From an uncultured Bacteroidales bacterium (lineage in GTDB: Bacteria; Bacteroidota; Bacteroidia; Bacteroidales; JAAAOM01): a stretch of 64,000 nucleotides of DNA. The notes below the pieces were generated by a model, which made no database searches, was not told where the DNA came from, and saw nothing but the letters and a program-made list of their open reading frames with translations. The stretch spans positions 7,812-71,811 of the forward strand of contig CAZZBU010000002.1 in assembly GCA_964652315.1 (NCBI GenBank), in the 5' to 3' direction. Shown here piece after piece: positions 1-9,407 of the stretch. The first letter of the stretch is position 1. Each line of letters opens with the position of its first letter. The translations under genes and the position numbers were made by a program.

Positions 1-183
1 TCCGGGTGATTACACCTTTTTTTTAATCTCCTCAGGTTTAACTTTCAGCAAATCTTTATGATTTGGAAACCTGAAGGTTGTCCAGCAAAATAAGTGGACT
101 AATTGTGATACAATAAAAATTCTTATAACCGGATAAACCTGATATTTTTCTCTGAATAGTTTTTCCTTGCAGCCTGCGACAGA

Positions 184-1671
184 TTAATGTATCCCCTTCA
201 TCATACGGTTTAAGATTGGTGATATGGCAAGTAACACCAGTCCACCGCCAATAGAGGTTATTGAAAGAAAAACAAATAAAGGCATATCAGGCATATATTT
301 TATCAGAATGGCTTCTAACACACCGGCAAGATACTGTGCCGATGCGATAGTGGCAAACCAGAATCCCATCATGACAGATACTATCGATGGTGGTGATAAC
401 TTGGATATCATAGATAATCCAATAGGAGATAGACAGAGTTCTGCAGATGTATGTACAAAATAAACCACCACTAACCATAATGGACTAACCAGGTTTGACC
501 CAGAAGATAAATTCCAGGCCCAACTCATTACAACGAATCCTAATCCCAGAAAGACCAAAGCAAAACCAAATTTTACAGGTGTGCGAGGTTCTTTGTTAAT
601 TGATGACAGCCGAAGCCATAACCAGGAAAAAACCGGGGCTAAAATGATGATAAAAATAGGATTAACAGATTGAAACAGAGAAGCCGGGATTTCCCAGTTA
701 AAAATCATTCGGTCTGTGTTTTCGGCGGCAAACAGATTAAATGTTCCACCCGCCTGTTCAAAACCGGCCCAGAAGAAGATATTAAAGAAACATAAAACAA
801 GGATTACAGCTACGCGGCTCCACTGTTTTTTTCCGGAGGTGTTACGGATAATAACATATAGCAAAGCTGAAGCACCAGCAATGGCTGCTACTGTTATAAG
901 CGTGTTTTTAAAGTCCTCTGAGAGGAATGCCCACAGCTTAATGGCCCCAAAAATTGCAAGAGAGATAGCTATAACGTATAAAACTATTTCCAGAAACTCT
1001 CTGCCATCAAGCTGGGTACGTCCGTTTTTAGCGTATTTGGATGTTGGAGGCATGCCCACGGGTCCCAAGGCTTTACGTTGGAAATAAAACCAGGCTGTAC
1101 CAATTAACATGCCGATACCTGCGGAACTGAAACCCCACATCCATCCTATCTTCTCACCAAGAGTACCTGCAATAATTGGAGCTGCAAAGGCACCAATATT
1201 AATACCCATATAAAAAATAGTAAATGCCGAGTCTTTTCTGGGGTCATCCTCACTGTATAGTTTTCCAACTATGCTACTTATGTTAGGTTTAAAGAAGCCA
1301 TTACCCATAGCAAGAATGCCCAGACCAATGCTTAACCATAAATTCCGGCTTTCTACAGCTCCTGCTTGCGAGGTTGCCAGTGCAAATTGCCCCAGGGCCA
1401 TCAAAATACCGCCAATGTAGATCGACTTTCGCTGACCAAAAAACTTATCTGCCAAAAACCCGCCCAATAATGGAGTTAAATATACCAATCCGGTAAAGAT
1501 GGCGTATATCTCGAGTGCTTTAGCACGGTCTAAACCAAAACCGCCATGTATTAATTCTGATGTCAGGTATAAAACAAGCAATGCCCGCATACCATAATAA
1601 CTGAATCTTTCCCACATCTCTGTGAAAAAGAGCACCATTAATCCCTTGGGATGTTTTTGACTCTTTGCCAT
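184..1671 (-). CDS. POT/PTR2-family proton-dependent di/tripeptide transporter
   Basis: 495-aa ORF. Carries the N-terminal PTR2 signatures 'FFTEMWERFSYYGMRALLVLYL' and 'GGFLADKFFGQRKSI'. Hydrophobic multi-TM profile throughout. Confidence 0.9.
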   Translation of the reverse strand: MAKSQKHPKGLMVLFFTEMWERFSYYGMRALLVLYLTSELIHGGFGLDRAKALEIYAIFTGLVYLTPLLGGFLADKFFGQRKSIYIGGILMALGQFALATSQAGAVESRNLWLSIGLGILAMGNGFFKPNISSIVGKLYSEDDPRKDSAFTIFYMGINIGAFAAPIIAGTLGEKIGWMWGFSSAGIGMLIGTAWFYFQRKALGPVGMPPTSKYAKNGRTQLDGREFLEIVLYVIAISLAIFGAIKLWAFLSEDFKNTLITVAAIAGASALLYVIIRNTSGKKQWSRVAVILVLCFFNIFFWAGFEQAGGTFNLFAAENTDRMIFNWEIPASLFQSVNPIFIIILAPVFSWLWLRLSSINKEPRTPVKFGFALVFLGLGFVVMSWAWNLSSGSNLVSPLWLVVVYFVHTSAELCLSPIGLSMISKLSPPSIVSVMMGFWFATIASAQYLAGVLEAILIKYMPDMPLFVFLSITSIGGGLVLLAISPILNRMMKGIH

Positions 1672-1704
1672 AATTTAGTCTATTAGATAAATATTCGTAG
1701 CCGA

Positions 1705-1712
1705 CAAATATA
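1705..1712 (-). promoter_or_regulatory. candidate Bacteroidota -7 promoter box (TAnnTTTG) for the POT transporter
   Basis: The minus strand reads TATATTTG, 34 nt upstream of the start codon. A 6-fixed-position AT-rich motif also occurs by chance. Confidence 0.3.
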
Positions 1713-1964
1713 AAAATCATTTTATTAAGTCCTATTCGGCATTTTTAATACAGAAAAAAATGCTGTATTTTTTTTTTAGAAATAATTGAATTACAGCAAA
1801 TAAAACCCGTTTTATGATTTTTGTCAATTATTAGTTAAGCTCTATTATTTCATACATGTTGTTAATCAAAAAGATGTACTTATGAGCTTTACTATTCTTT
1901 ACATTTACATAATTAAACATTGGCTGTGCTATAAATCCTGGAACAAAAATTTAATAAACAGATT

Positions 1965-2498
1965 ATGAAAAAATTTAACAAATTGTTTTTGGTGCTCATG
2001 GTGGTATTTGGTTTTACCGCTTGTGATGAACTTCTTGACGACATTATTTCGTTCGACTCTGATTTCATTGAATTTGATTTCACCATAAATCCAACCAATG
2101 ATATTGGTGAAAAAGTTGTGCATATTGAAGTGATATCCAGTGATTTTGAGGAAATTCTTGAGGATAATGATCTTGATAAAGACAATATTTCTTCAGTTTT
2201 GGTTAAGGAAGCCTTTTTTGAAGTAACCAACCCTGACCAACAGGTGAACTTTAACGGCATTAGTGCAGTTAGCACAACAGTTAAAGCTGGTACACTTTCT
2301 GAAGTTGTAATTGCAGAAAAGGATCCAATGCCGGCTGATGCAAGAGAGGTAGAATTAGATGTTATATCTGAGGATTTGGAAAAATACCTGGATAATGATC
2401 AATATTCCATTACCGCAAAAGCAGTAATCGATGAACCTTTGACAGATACCATTTTTGTATTGGCAAAGATAAAATATACCATAAAAGGTGGTCTGTAA
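1965..2498 (+). CDS. acidic lipoprotein of unknown function (paralogue of 62886..63437)
   Basis: Signal peptide plus lipobox 'VFGFTAC'. Aligns without gaps, roughly one-third identical by eye, to the ORF at 62886..63437. Shared blocks include C-x-LLD, FT..PT, G-E, NDL, KEA, VNF, VIA, P-A-AR, QY and AK. Confidence 0.7.
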   Translation: MKKFNKLFLVLMVVFGFTACDELLDDIISFDSDFIEFDFTINPTNDIGEKVVHIEVISSDFEEILEDNDLDKDNISSVLVKEAFFEVTNPDQQVNFNGISAVSTTVKAGTLSEVVIAEKDPMPADAREVELDVISEDLEKYLDNDQYSITAKAVIDEPLTDTIFVLAKIKYTIKGGL

Positions 2499-2543
2499 TC
2501 TGTTTATATGATTTTTTCTCTACCACGAGCAAAAATCGGAACC

Positions 2544-2585
2544 GGAGGCTATTGGTGTTATCACTGAGGGCCTCCTTTTCTTTCG
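2544..2585 (+). terminator. possible intrinsic terminator after lipoprotein gene
   Basis: GGAGGC (2544-2549) pairs with GCCTCC (2570-2575), followed by TTTTCTTT. The 20-nt loop makes it weak. Confidence 0.4.
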
Positions 2586-2645
2586 AACCAGAAACCATTA
2601 GAATTGTTACATCAAATATGTTTAACCTGTTAAAAACAATTTGTT

Positions 2646-3227
2646 ATGGCATTTACACTTCAACTAGGCGATAATGCACCGGATTTTAAACTTAAAAGCA
2701 CAGATGGTAGTTGGTATACCTTGCATGATTTTGATGATTCAAAATTTCTGGTAATATTTTTCACCTGCAATCATTGTCCTTATGTGCTTGGTTCGGATGA
2801 GGTTACCCGTGAAACCGCAAACAAGTTCATTCCAAAAGAAGTTCATTTTGTGGCCATAAATTCCAATAGCCCCAATACCTATCCTGAAGATGATTATGAT
2901 CACATGGTGGAACGCATGAAACAAAAAAAATTTCCCTGGGTATATCTTCACGATGAAAGCCAGGAAGTTGCTCTTGAATACGGAGCCCTCAGAACACCTC
3001 ATTTTTATGTGTTTGATAAAGACAGAAATTTGGTATATACCGGCCGGGGAGTTGATAATCCACGAGATGCTTCTAAAATTACCGTAAACGACCTGGACAG
3101 GACCCTCAGTGAATTAACAGAAGGGAAATCCGTTTCAGTACCTGTTACCAATCCAATAGGTTGTAATGTAAAATGGGAGGGTAAAGAAGCGCACTGGATG
3201 CCGGCTGATGCTTGTGATTTGGTTTAA
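2646..3227 (+). CDS. thioredoxin-fold redoxin (AhpC/TSA-like thiol-disulfide oxidoreductase family)
   Basis: 193 aa. '[11 protein letters not shown]..' substrate-strand start and '[13 protein letters not shown]' with a CxxC (CNHC) motif, typical of redoxin-fold proteins. Confidence 0.8.
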   Translation: MAFTLQLGDNAPDFKLKSTDGSWYTLHDFDDSKFLVIFFTCNHCPYVLGSDEVTRETANKFIPKEVHFVAINSNSPNTYPEDDYDHMVERMKQKKFPWVYLHDESQEVALEYGALRTPHFYVFDKDRNLVYTGRGVDNPRDASKITVNDLDRTLSELTEGKSVSVPVTNPIGCNVKWEGKEAHWMPADACDLV

Positions 3228-3262
3228 GACACATATTTGTGGCCGTAATTATTACCAAAACG

Positions 3263-6205
3263 CTAGTCAAACAATTCCATCAGCGACTCCCGGGTAATTC
3301 CTTTAAACGGATTGTTGCTGTTTACAAAGGCATCGGCCAGTTTGTTTTTTTTGTCCTGTAGCCTGATGATTTTTTCTTCAATGCTGCTGTTGGATATAAA
3401 CCGGTAAACCATTACTTTGTTGTGCTGGCCAATCCGGTGGGCCCGGCTTATAGCCTGCTGTTCGGCAGCAGGGTTCCACCAGGGATCTAGGATAAACACA
3501 TAATCTGCAGCAGTAAGGTTTAGTCCCACACCACCGGCTTTAAGAGAAATGAGGAAATAATTAATATCCTCGTTTTCCTGGAATTTTTTTATAATATCTT
3601 CCCGGTTTTTAGTTGCCCCGGTAAGCATAACATATCCGGAATGATTTTCTTCAAGATGATTCGCAATCAGGTTAAGGTGTTTTACGAAAGAGGAAAAAAC
3701 CAATACCTTATGGCCTTCACTTTTCAGGTTTTCAAGCTTGCGGGTAACATCTTCAAATTTACCCGAATCACTGCCATAATCAGTATCAAAAAGTGAAGGG
3801 TGATTGGCAATTTGACGTAGTCTGGTTAGGCTTTGCAGGATGATCATGGTGGATTTTTCAATGCCTTGTTTGCCGATGTTTTCAAGGATGCTGTTGCGTA
3901 CTTTGGATTTTTCAATTTCGTAGAAACGTTCCTGATCTTCAGACATGTCGCAAAACACGGTTTGCTCTGTAAGCTCTGGAAGGTCTTTTGCAACCTGCGA
4001 TTTTGTCCGGCGCAATATGAACGGCTGTATCAGTTGCTTGAGTTTTAATTGCTGCTCCCTATCGTTACGAGATTCAATTGGAGTGATAAACTCATTTTTG
4101 AAAAAATTAAAGTCACCCAGGATGCCCGGATTTAAAAAATTCATTTGTGACCACAGGTCACTCAGTGAATTCTCGATGGGTGTGCCTGTGAGGACCACTT
4201 TATGACTGGCTTTAAGTTTCATTACTGCCTGATAGGTTTTTGATTCATGGTTTTTTATGGTTTGACTCTCATCCAGAATCAGGAAATTGAACGGATACCT
4301 GGAAATAACATCCAGATCGTTACGGATAATACCATAACTAGTCAGAATAATATCGTGTTCATGGTAGAATTCTGAAAAATCGCTACGTGAGGTGCCAACG
4401 AAAGCCGACACCCGGCAATCAGGTAAAAACTTGTTGATCTCATTCAACCAGTTGTGAACCAGAGAAGTTGGTAAAATAATCAGCGTAGGTTTACCCACTT
4501 GTTTTTCTTTAGTTTGCACCATATCTTCGGATGTGCCAAAAAGTGATAGCTGAGTTGGCTTTGTCCCAGGCAGGCTTTTGGCATTGCCCGTTTTTTTGTT
4601 TAATAAATCATGCTGCAACAGGGCAAGTGTCTGCAAAGTTTTACCGAGGCCCATGTCATCTGCCAGGCATGTACCAAATTTATGTTTTTGCATATTAACC
4701 ATCCATGAATAGCCTTCAAGCTGATAGGGTCTGAGGTTGGCATTTAGTCCGGCAGGGCTCTGCTGCACCCTACTCTCAAGGTTTATTTCAGCCAGTTGTT
4801 CAAAAGCTTTTTTGTCAAAGCCGCTTAAAGCCTCCTGCAATACCGTGAAATGTTGTTTTTTTATTTTCAGGCCTTCTTCTACATCTTCAGAGAACGTAAA
4901 TAGCTCACGATACTTTGAAAACCATTCCTCCGGCAGGATGAAGACTTCATTATTTGGCAACCTGTACTCGCGTATTCCTTTAATAATATGATTGCGAAGG
5001 GCAATAAACGGAATTTTTATTTCTCCCAGCACCACATAGGCCCTTACATCAAACCAGTCAGTGTAATCTTCAACGTTTAGGGTCAGTTCAAATTCGCCGG
5101 TATAATATTTTTGTCCTGGTTTTTCCTGTTCCAGTACAAAACCGTGGTTTTCAACCATGGACTTATGTTCATTGAGCCAGTTAATTAATATATATAGCCC
5201 TGTTTCAGGCTCAGAAATATCCGGTGGAGAATAATAGATTTCATTCTTGCGCAATAATCCCAGTTGTTCCAGTTTTTTATGGCGGTCTTTTTCCCATCCG
5301 TAATCCCGATCAATACAGGTGAATGAAAAATTCTCTTTATCAAAAGAAACCAAGGCCCCCTTATTACGGTTAGCCAGGATCAAGTTTTTCGGGCCGTACC
5401 TGTATTTCAGTGTTAGTACAGGTAACTGCGAAAGGTCGCGTTCAATAAACAAGAAGGCTACGGGCTTTGGGTTTTGTTTTTCAACTGTAAATCCTTCAGC
5501 ATTAACCTGGTATTTTTTAATGGTGTTTAAAACAAAACTGGAATAATATTTTTCTTCGGCCTGTTTATTTATAAAAACCGCCTCTTTTGTAAAAAACGGC
5601 AGGAGTTTCTTACCATCAATGTCATTAAACCTAAACAGTGTATTTTCAAGAATAAGGATACACGGGTCATTGCAAATAACCTGGCCGTGCTTATTTGTAA
5701 GGCTTATGGTTTTGTCTTTATGCCGGATGGTTAAAAAGTACTTTGTGCCTTCTTCTTTTTTGCTGAAATTAAATACTGTTGAGCAGTTTTCCCCGGCCCA
5801 TATTATTTTATCGGATGGATGCAGATTATTCATTTCCACCTTATGGAAAAAGGGAATTTCATGCCGGATTATTAGTTGGGTGAGTTTTGCAATGCGGCGT
5901 TCAATGTAAGGCCGTATATGATTTTCAAAGTATTCTTCTTCTACCTCATTGATGAAGTCTTTGACGCTTTTTTTCTTCTTCGAAAAGAGTTTCAGTAACG
6001 TTTGGTCATTATATTCTTCGCAAAGTTTTACTGATTCTTTTTGGTGTGCTTCCAGCTGTTTTTCAAACTTTGAAAGATTTATTTCTGTAATTCTTTCTTT
6101 GGCTGAATAATAAACTTTATTAGACTGTTTTTCAATCCAGTAAGGTGTAATTATATCCCCAAAACGCCGGTGGGCAGTAAGGGTTAAAGCAAACTTTTCT
6201 TCCAT
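3263..6205 (-). CDS. SNF2-family DNA-dependent ATPase/helicase with long N-terminal SNF2-associated region
   Basis: 980 aa. Motif I 'LADDMGLGKT', motif II 'LILDESQTIKN', 'LTGTPIENSLSDLW', and helicase-C 'GGVGLNLTAADYVFILDPWWNPAAEQQAISRAHRIGQ'. About 480 aa N-terminal to the ATPase core have no motif I recognise with certainty. Confidence 0.9.
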   Translation of the reverse strand: MEEKFALTLTAHRRFGDIITPYWIEKQSNKVYYSAKERITEINLSKFEKQLEAHQKESVKLCEEYNDQTLLKLFSKKKKSVKDFINEVEEEYFENHIRPYIERRIAKLTQLIIRHEIPFFHKVEMNNLHPSDKIIWAGENCSTVFNFSKKEEGTKYFLTIRHKDKTISLTNKHGQVICNDPCILILENTLFRFNDIDGKKLLPFFTKEAVFINKQAEEKYYSSFVLNTIKKYQVNAEGFTVEKQNPKPVAFLFIERDLSQLPVLTLKYRYGPKNLILANRNKGALVSFDKENFSFTCIDRDYGWEKDRHKKLEQLGLLRKNEIYYSPPDISEPETGLYILINWLNEHKSMVENHGFVLEQEKPGQKYYTGEFELTLNVEDYTDWFDVRAYVVLGEIKIPFIALRNHIIKGIREYRLPNNEVFILPEEWFSKYRELFTFSEDVEEGLKIKKQHFTVLQEALSGFDKKAFEQLAEINLESRVQQSPAGLNANLRPYQLEGYSWMVNMQKHKFGTCLADDMGLGKTLQTLALLQHDLLNKKTGNAKSLPGTKPTQLSLFGTSEDMVQTKEKQVGKPTLIILPTSLVHNWLNEINKFLPDCRVSAFVGTSRSDFSEFYHEHDIILTSYGIIRNDLDVISRYPFNFLILDESQTIKNHESKTYQAVMKLKASHKVVLTGTPIENSLSDLWSQMNFLNPGILGDFNFFKNEFITPIESRNDREQQLKLKQLIQPFILRRTKSQVAKDLPELTEQTVFCDMSEDQERFYEIEKSKVRNSILENIGKQGIEKSTMIILQSLTRLRQIANHPSLFDTDYGSDSGKFEDVTRKLENLKSEGHKVLVFSSFVKHLNLIANHLEENHSGYVMLTGATKNREDIIKKFQENEDINYFLISLKAGGVGLNLTAADYVFILDPWWNPAAEQQAISRAHRIGQHNKVMVYRFISNSSIEEKIIRLQDKKNKLADAFVNSNNPFKGITRESLMELFD

Positions 6206-6281
6206 GCTGCAAAGATGCAGATTTAATTTTTTTTTTCAGGAAAATGGCTGATCCGAAAAAAGTAAAAATTGTGATTTTATT

Positions 6282-7277
6282 TTAGACTGTATATCCTCTG
6301 AAGTATTTCATGAATTGGACTCTTTCGTAAACTGCCGGGTTATCAGATTCTTTTGCGCTCATTTTTCCACGAAAATCATCAATTGCAGCAAACGATTTTG
6401 CGTCCATCCATTTTTCAAGTCCCTGGAGCAGATTTTGAATAAACCCATGCCCATGGGTATATAACGAAGAAGCTATTTCTACTGCCTTAGCACCAGCCAA
6501 AAGCTGTTTTATCAAAGCATCAGCACTGTGAATACCGGTAGTTGCAGCAAGATCGCAATTTACCCTCCCGGCCATCAGAGCAATCCAGCGCAACGATTGG
6601 TAAAGATCACCTGGCTGACTGAGGACACTTGCAGGTACGTGTTCAAACGTATTGATGTCAAAATCCGGTTCATAATAGCGGTTGAACAATACCAGTCCTT
6701 TTAATCCGGTGTTGGATAACTTATTGATGACGGTAGCCAGGTTCGAAAAGTAAGGGCTAATTTTAGCTACAACCGGTATTTTCACTTGCTTAAGCACTTC
6801 ATTTACAATTGTGTAATATGTTTCTTCCTGTTCCGTTGCTTCTTTATTTAAATCAGCGGGAAGCAAAAAAATATTGAGCTCCAAAGCATCAGCTCCTGCT
6901 TCTTCTATTAACTCCGGAAAAGTAGTCCATTGATTGGCTGAAAGACAATTAATGCTGGCGATAACAGGAATTGAACAGGAAGCTTTTACCTTTTTTATCA
7001 ACTCCAGGTATTTTACTGTGCTTTCCTCTTCTCCATAAGAGTCTTCATAAAATTCCAGCGTTTCAGGATATAAAAAACCATCTCCACTCATTTTTCCAAG
7101 GCCTATATTCATTTCGCGGACTATTTCTTCTTCAAATAGCGATTTCAATACCACAGCCGCGGCGCCGTTTTTTTCAAGCGAGAGAATGTTATTTTCGTTG
7201 TTGGTTAGTCCTGAACTTCCTATGATAACAGGGTTTTTTAAGGATAAACCAGCAAAAGATGAAGATAAATCAGCCAT
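6282..7277 (-). CDS. dihydroorotate dehydrogenase-like TIM-barrel flavoprotein (class-1 DHOD/DHPD family)
   Basis: 331 aa. 'LKNPVIIGSSGLT', 'GADALELNI' and 'PVVAKISP' are typical of the class-1 DHOD-like family. Exact substrate not inferable. Confidence 0.75.
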   Translation of the reverse strand: MADLSSSFAGLSLKNPVIIGSSGLTNNENNILSLEKNGAAAVVLKSLFEEEIVREMNIGLGKMSGDGFLYPETLEFYEDSYGEEESTVKYLELIKKVKASCSIPVIASINCLSANQWTTFPELIEEAGADALELNIFLLPADLNKEATEQEETYYTIVNEVLKQVKIPVVAKISPYFSNLATVINKLSNTGLKGLVLFNRYYEPDFDINTFEHVPASVLSQPGDLYQSLRWIALMAGRVNCDLAATTGIHSADALIKQLLAGAKAVEIASSLYTHGHGFIQNLLQGLEKWMDAKSFAAIDDFRGKMSAKESDNPAVYERVQFMKYFRGYTV

Positions 7278-7399
7278 GAGCTCTCAATTTTCGAATTATA
7301 TTTTGATAATGTATGTTAATGTTTTGATATGCTTACATAAAGATAACTATATTTACAGGCATGTGCTATTTTCGTAACCTTAAAAATCAAAAACTGTTG

Positions 7400-7407
7400 T
7401 AAATTTG
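7400..7407 (+). promoter_or_regulatory. candidate -7 box (TAnnTTTG) upstream of SPOR lipoprotein gene
   Basis: TAAATTTG, 88 nt upstream of ATG 7495. Confidence 0.3.
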
Positions 7408-7494
7408 CTAATCTTTTTGCACTAATATCTGTTGGATATACTGATAGACCCTATATAAATACTTATTATCGTATTAACTAAATATTTTTCACGA

Positions 7495-7965
7495 ATGAAA
7501 ACAAGAATTCAAGTCAGTGTGATGATAATATTTTTTCTTACACTTGCAGTGAGTTCATGCAGGTTTTTTGAAAAGCAGCAATTGGTGTCCAATGACGTGG
7601 ATACCTTGTTGAATTACCGGCTGGAAAGGTATATTACCGAAGAACAACATGAAGCGGAAATATCCAGAATCCGAAGTGAGGTTAACCTGAAGATTGACTC
7701 CGTAAAATCACTATTGGATGAGGATGTCACCTTCCTGTCAAACAAGTTTCATATCATTACAGGGAGTTTTACTGTGCCATCCAATGCTGAAATGTATGCT
7801 AATAAAATGAAGTCAATGGGATTTGATGGTAAAATTATTGAAGGTCATGGCAGGTTTGATTTGGTAACTGCAAAATCTTACAATAATTTGCGGGTTGCCC
7901 TTAATGATTTGGAACCTGTCCGGGAAACTGCCGGGGTGCAGGCTTGGATTTATATCAGCAGATAA
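7495..7965 (+). CDS. SPOR-domain lipoprotein
   Basis: Signal peptide with lipobox 'LAVSSC'. The C-terminal ~75 aa 'FHIITGSFTVPSNAEMYANKMKSMGFDGKIIE...FDLVTAKSYNN' fits the SPOR (peptidoglycan-binding) pattern. Confidence 0.65.
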   Translation: MKTRIQVSVMIIFFLTLAVSSCRFFEKQQLVSNDVDTLLNYRLERYITEEQHEAEISRIRSEVNLKIDSVKSLLDEDVTFLSNKFHIITGSFTVPSNAEMYANKMKSMGFDGKIIEGHGRFDLVTAKSYNNLRVALNDLEPVRETAGVQAWIYISR

Positions 7966-7986
7966 TGTAATTGATTAATCTTAAGC

Positions 7987-8022
7987 CAAAAGACCTTCCG
8001 GTTTGTTTACAGGAAGGCCTTT
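7987..8022. terminator. bidirectional intrinsic terminator between convergent genes
   Basis: AAAAGACCTTCC - 12-nt loop - GGAAGGCCTTTT. 12-bp stem with one mismatch, flanked by an A-run and a T-run. Confidence 0.6.
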
Positions 8023-8053
8023 TGCATGCTTACATTAAGATGTATTATAATAA

Positions 8054-9262
8054 TTAATTATTTCCGGTCATAATAAATAACGGCTGGAATTCGAAGCTTT
8101 TATAGAGCGGGCGTAACCTGTCGGTATTGTAATGCTTGCTTATATCCACTATCTTGTTTGTACTTGTAACCACATCAATGGGTGCATTATCATACCTTCC
8201 ATTTCGCAGCACCACCAGGCGGCCATGAATCCCTTTAAGAATCAAATCCAGAGCCAGATTGCCATAAGCCATGGGTACAATGCTGTCAATGGCATCTGGA
8301 TCGCCGCCTCTGACAAGGTAACCAAGTTGCTGGTTAATTATGTTTAAATGCTTACCATCATTAAACTGGCCTGAAAGTTCTTTTATTTTTGCGGAAACAT
8401 GATCGCCGATACCGCCCAGTTTTGCATGACCGTAAGCATCTTTCTCTGCTGAGCTGTACACCATTTTATCCATTCCGGCAAAGGTAGCCCCTTCACTTAC
8501 CAGTACCACTGAATATTTACTCGGATTATGATTACGATCGCTCACCAGCAGCTCGGTTAATCTTTCCACATCAAATTTATACTCAGGGATAACACAACGG
8601 TTAGCGGCCCCGGCCATGGTAGGCAGCATGGCAGTATATCCTGCGTAGCGGCCAAATACTTCCAGTACCAGAATCCGCTCATGCGAACCAGCTGATGTCC
8701 TTAGTGTATTGCACATTTGGATAGTGCGTGTAACGCAGGTACTGAACCCAATACAGTAATCGGTGCCCGGAACATCGTTATCCATGGTTTTTGGGATGGC
8801 AACTACCTTTACCCCTTCAGAATATAAACGGACTCCATAGCTTAGGGTATCATCGCCTCCAATAGGGATAAGATAGTCAACCCCCAGATATTCGAGGTTT
8901 TTAATCACTTCCGGTGTAAGATCATTCACTTCATCTGTATACTTATCTTTTAAATGATCAGGTACATGTGATTTTGGTACATGACTGGGCCTTGTCCTGG
9001 AGGTATGAAGAAATGTACCACCTGTACGCCCGGCTTTATTCACCAGCTCTTCTGTAAGAACAGTGTATTTATCGCTGTTATTTGCTTTTTTATCACGGAT
9101 AAATTCAGTGATTCCGGCCCAGCCCCGACGCAATCCCAGAACCTGGTATCCCTCTCTGATAGCTCGGATGGTAATTGCCCTTATTGCTGGATTGAGTCCG
9201 GGTACATCGCCTCCTCCGGTAAGGATAGCTATTGTGCCTTTCTTTTTTTTAACGTCAACCAT
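8054..9262 (-). CDS. phosphofructokinase-family enzyme, short form, with PPi-type signature residues
   Basis: 402 aa. 'LTGGGDVPGLNPAIR', 'IPIGGDDTLSY' and 'AIPKTMDNDV'. Asp and Lys sit at the positions equivalent to E. coli PfkA Gly104/Gly124. Confidence 0.85.
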   Translation of the reverse strand: MVDVKKKKGTIAILTGGGDVPGLNPAIRAITIRAIREGYQVLGLRRGWAGITEFIRDKKANNSDKYTVLTEELVNKAGRTGGTFLHTSRTRPSHVPKSHVPDHLKDKYTDEVNDLTPEVIKNLEYLGVDYLIPIGGDDTLSYGVRLYSEGVKVVAIPKTMDNDVPGTDYCIGFSTCVTRTIQMCNTLRTSAGSHERILVLEVFGRYAGYTAMLPTMAGAANRCVIPEYKFDVERLTELLVSDRNHNPSKYSVVLVSEGATFAGMDKMVYSSAEKDAYGHAKLGGIGDHVSAKIKELSGQFNDGKHLNIINQQLGYLVRGGDPDAIDSIVPMAYGNLALDLILKGIHGRLVVLRNGRYDNAPIDVVTSTNKIVDISKHYNTDRLRPLYKSFEFQPLFIMTGNN

Positions 9263-9351
9263 GGGGTATTCTTTTGAAGGTTAGTAATATTTCATAGTTT
9301 CTTATACAAATTGGATAGTCAGCAATTTACTTATTTTTTTTTATTTTACAT

Positions 9352-9379
9352 AAAAAAGGCTTCCATTTCTGAAAGCCTC
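9352..9379 (-). terminator. intrinsic terminator of pfp
   Basis: The minus strand reads GAGGCTTTCAGAAATGGAAGCC followed by TTTTTT, about 30 nt after the pfp stop. It separates the two PFK genes into distinct transcripts. Confidence 0.65.
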
Positions 9380-9407
9380 TGGTTTAATCGTATTTACAGG
9401 TAACCTG

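Noticed and set aside
1-183. Possible gene end or terminator at the left edge (GGTG-ATTA-CACC + T8 at 6-24; a 58-codon open minus-strand frame at 10-183)
   Set aside because: The stem is only 4 bp. The open frame has no start codon and no recognisable motif, so this cannot be supported.
3263-6205. SNF2 helicase as part of a phage-defence system (DISARM, Zorya or BREX-like)
   Set aside because: No methyltransferase, nuclease, DUF1998, PLD, ZorA/B-like or other partner gene is adjacent. The neighbours are metabolic genes and no mobile-element signature flanks it.
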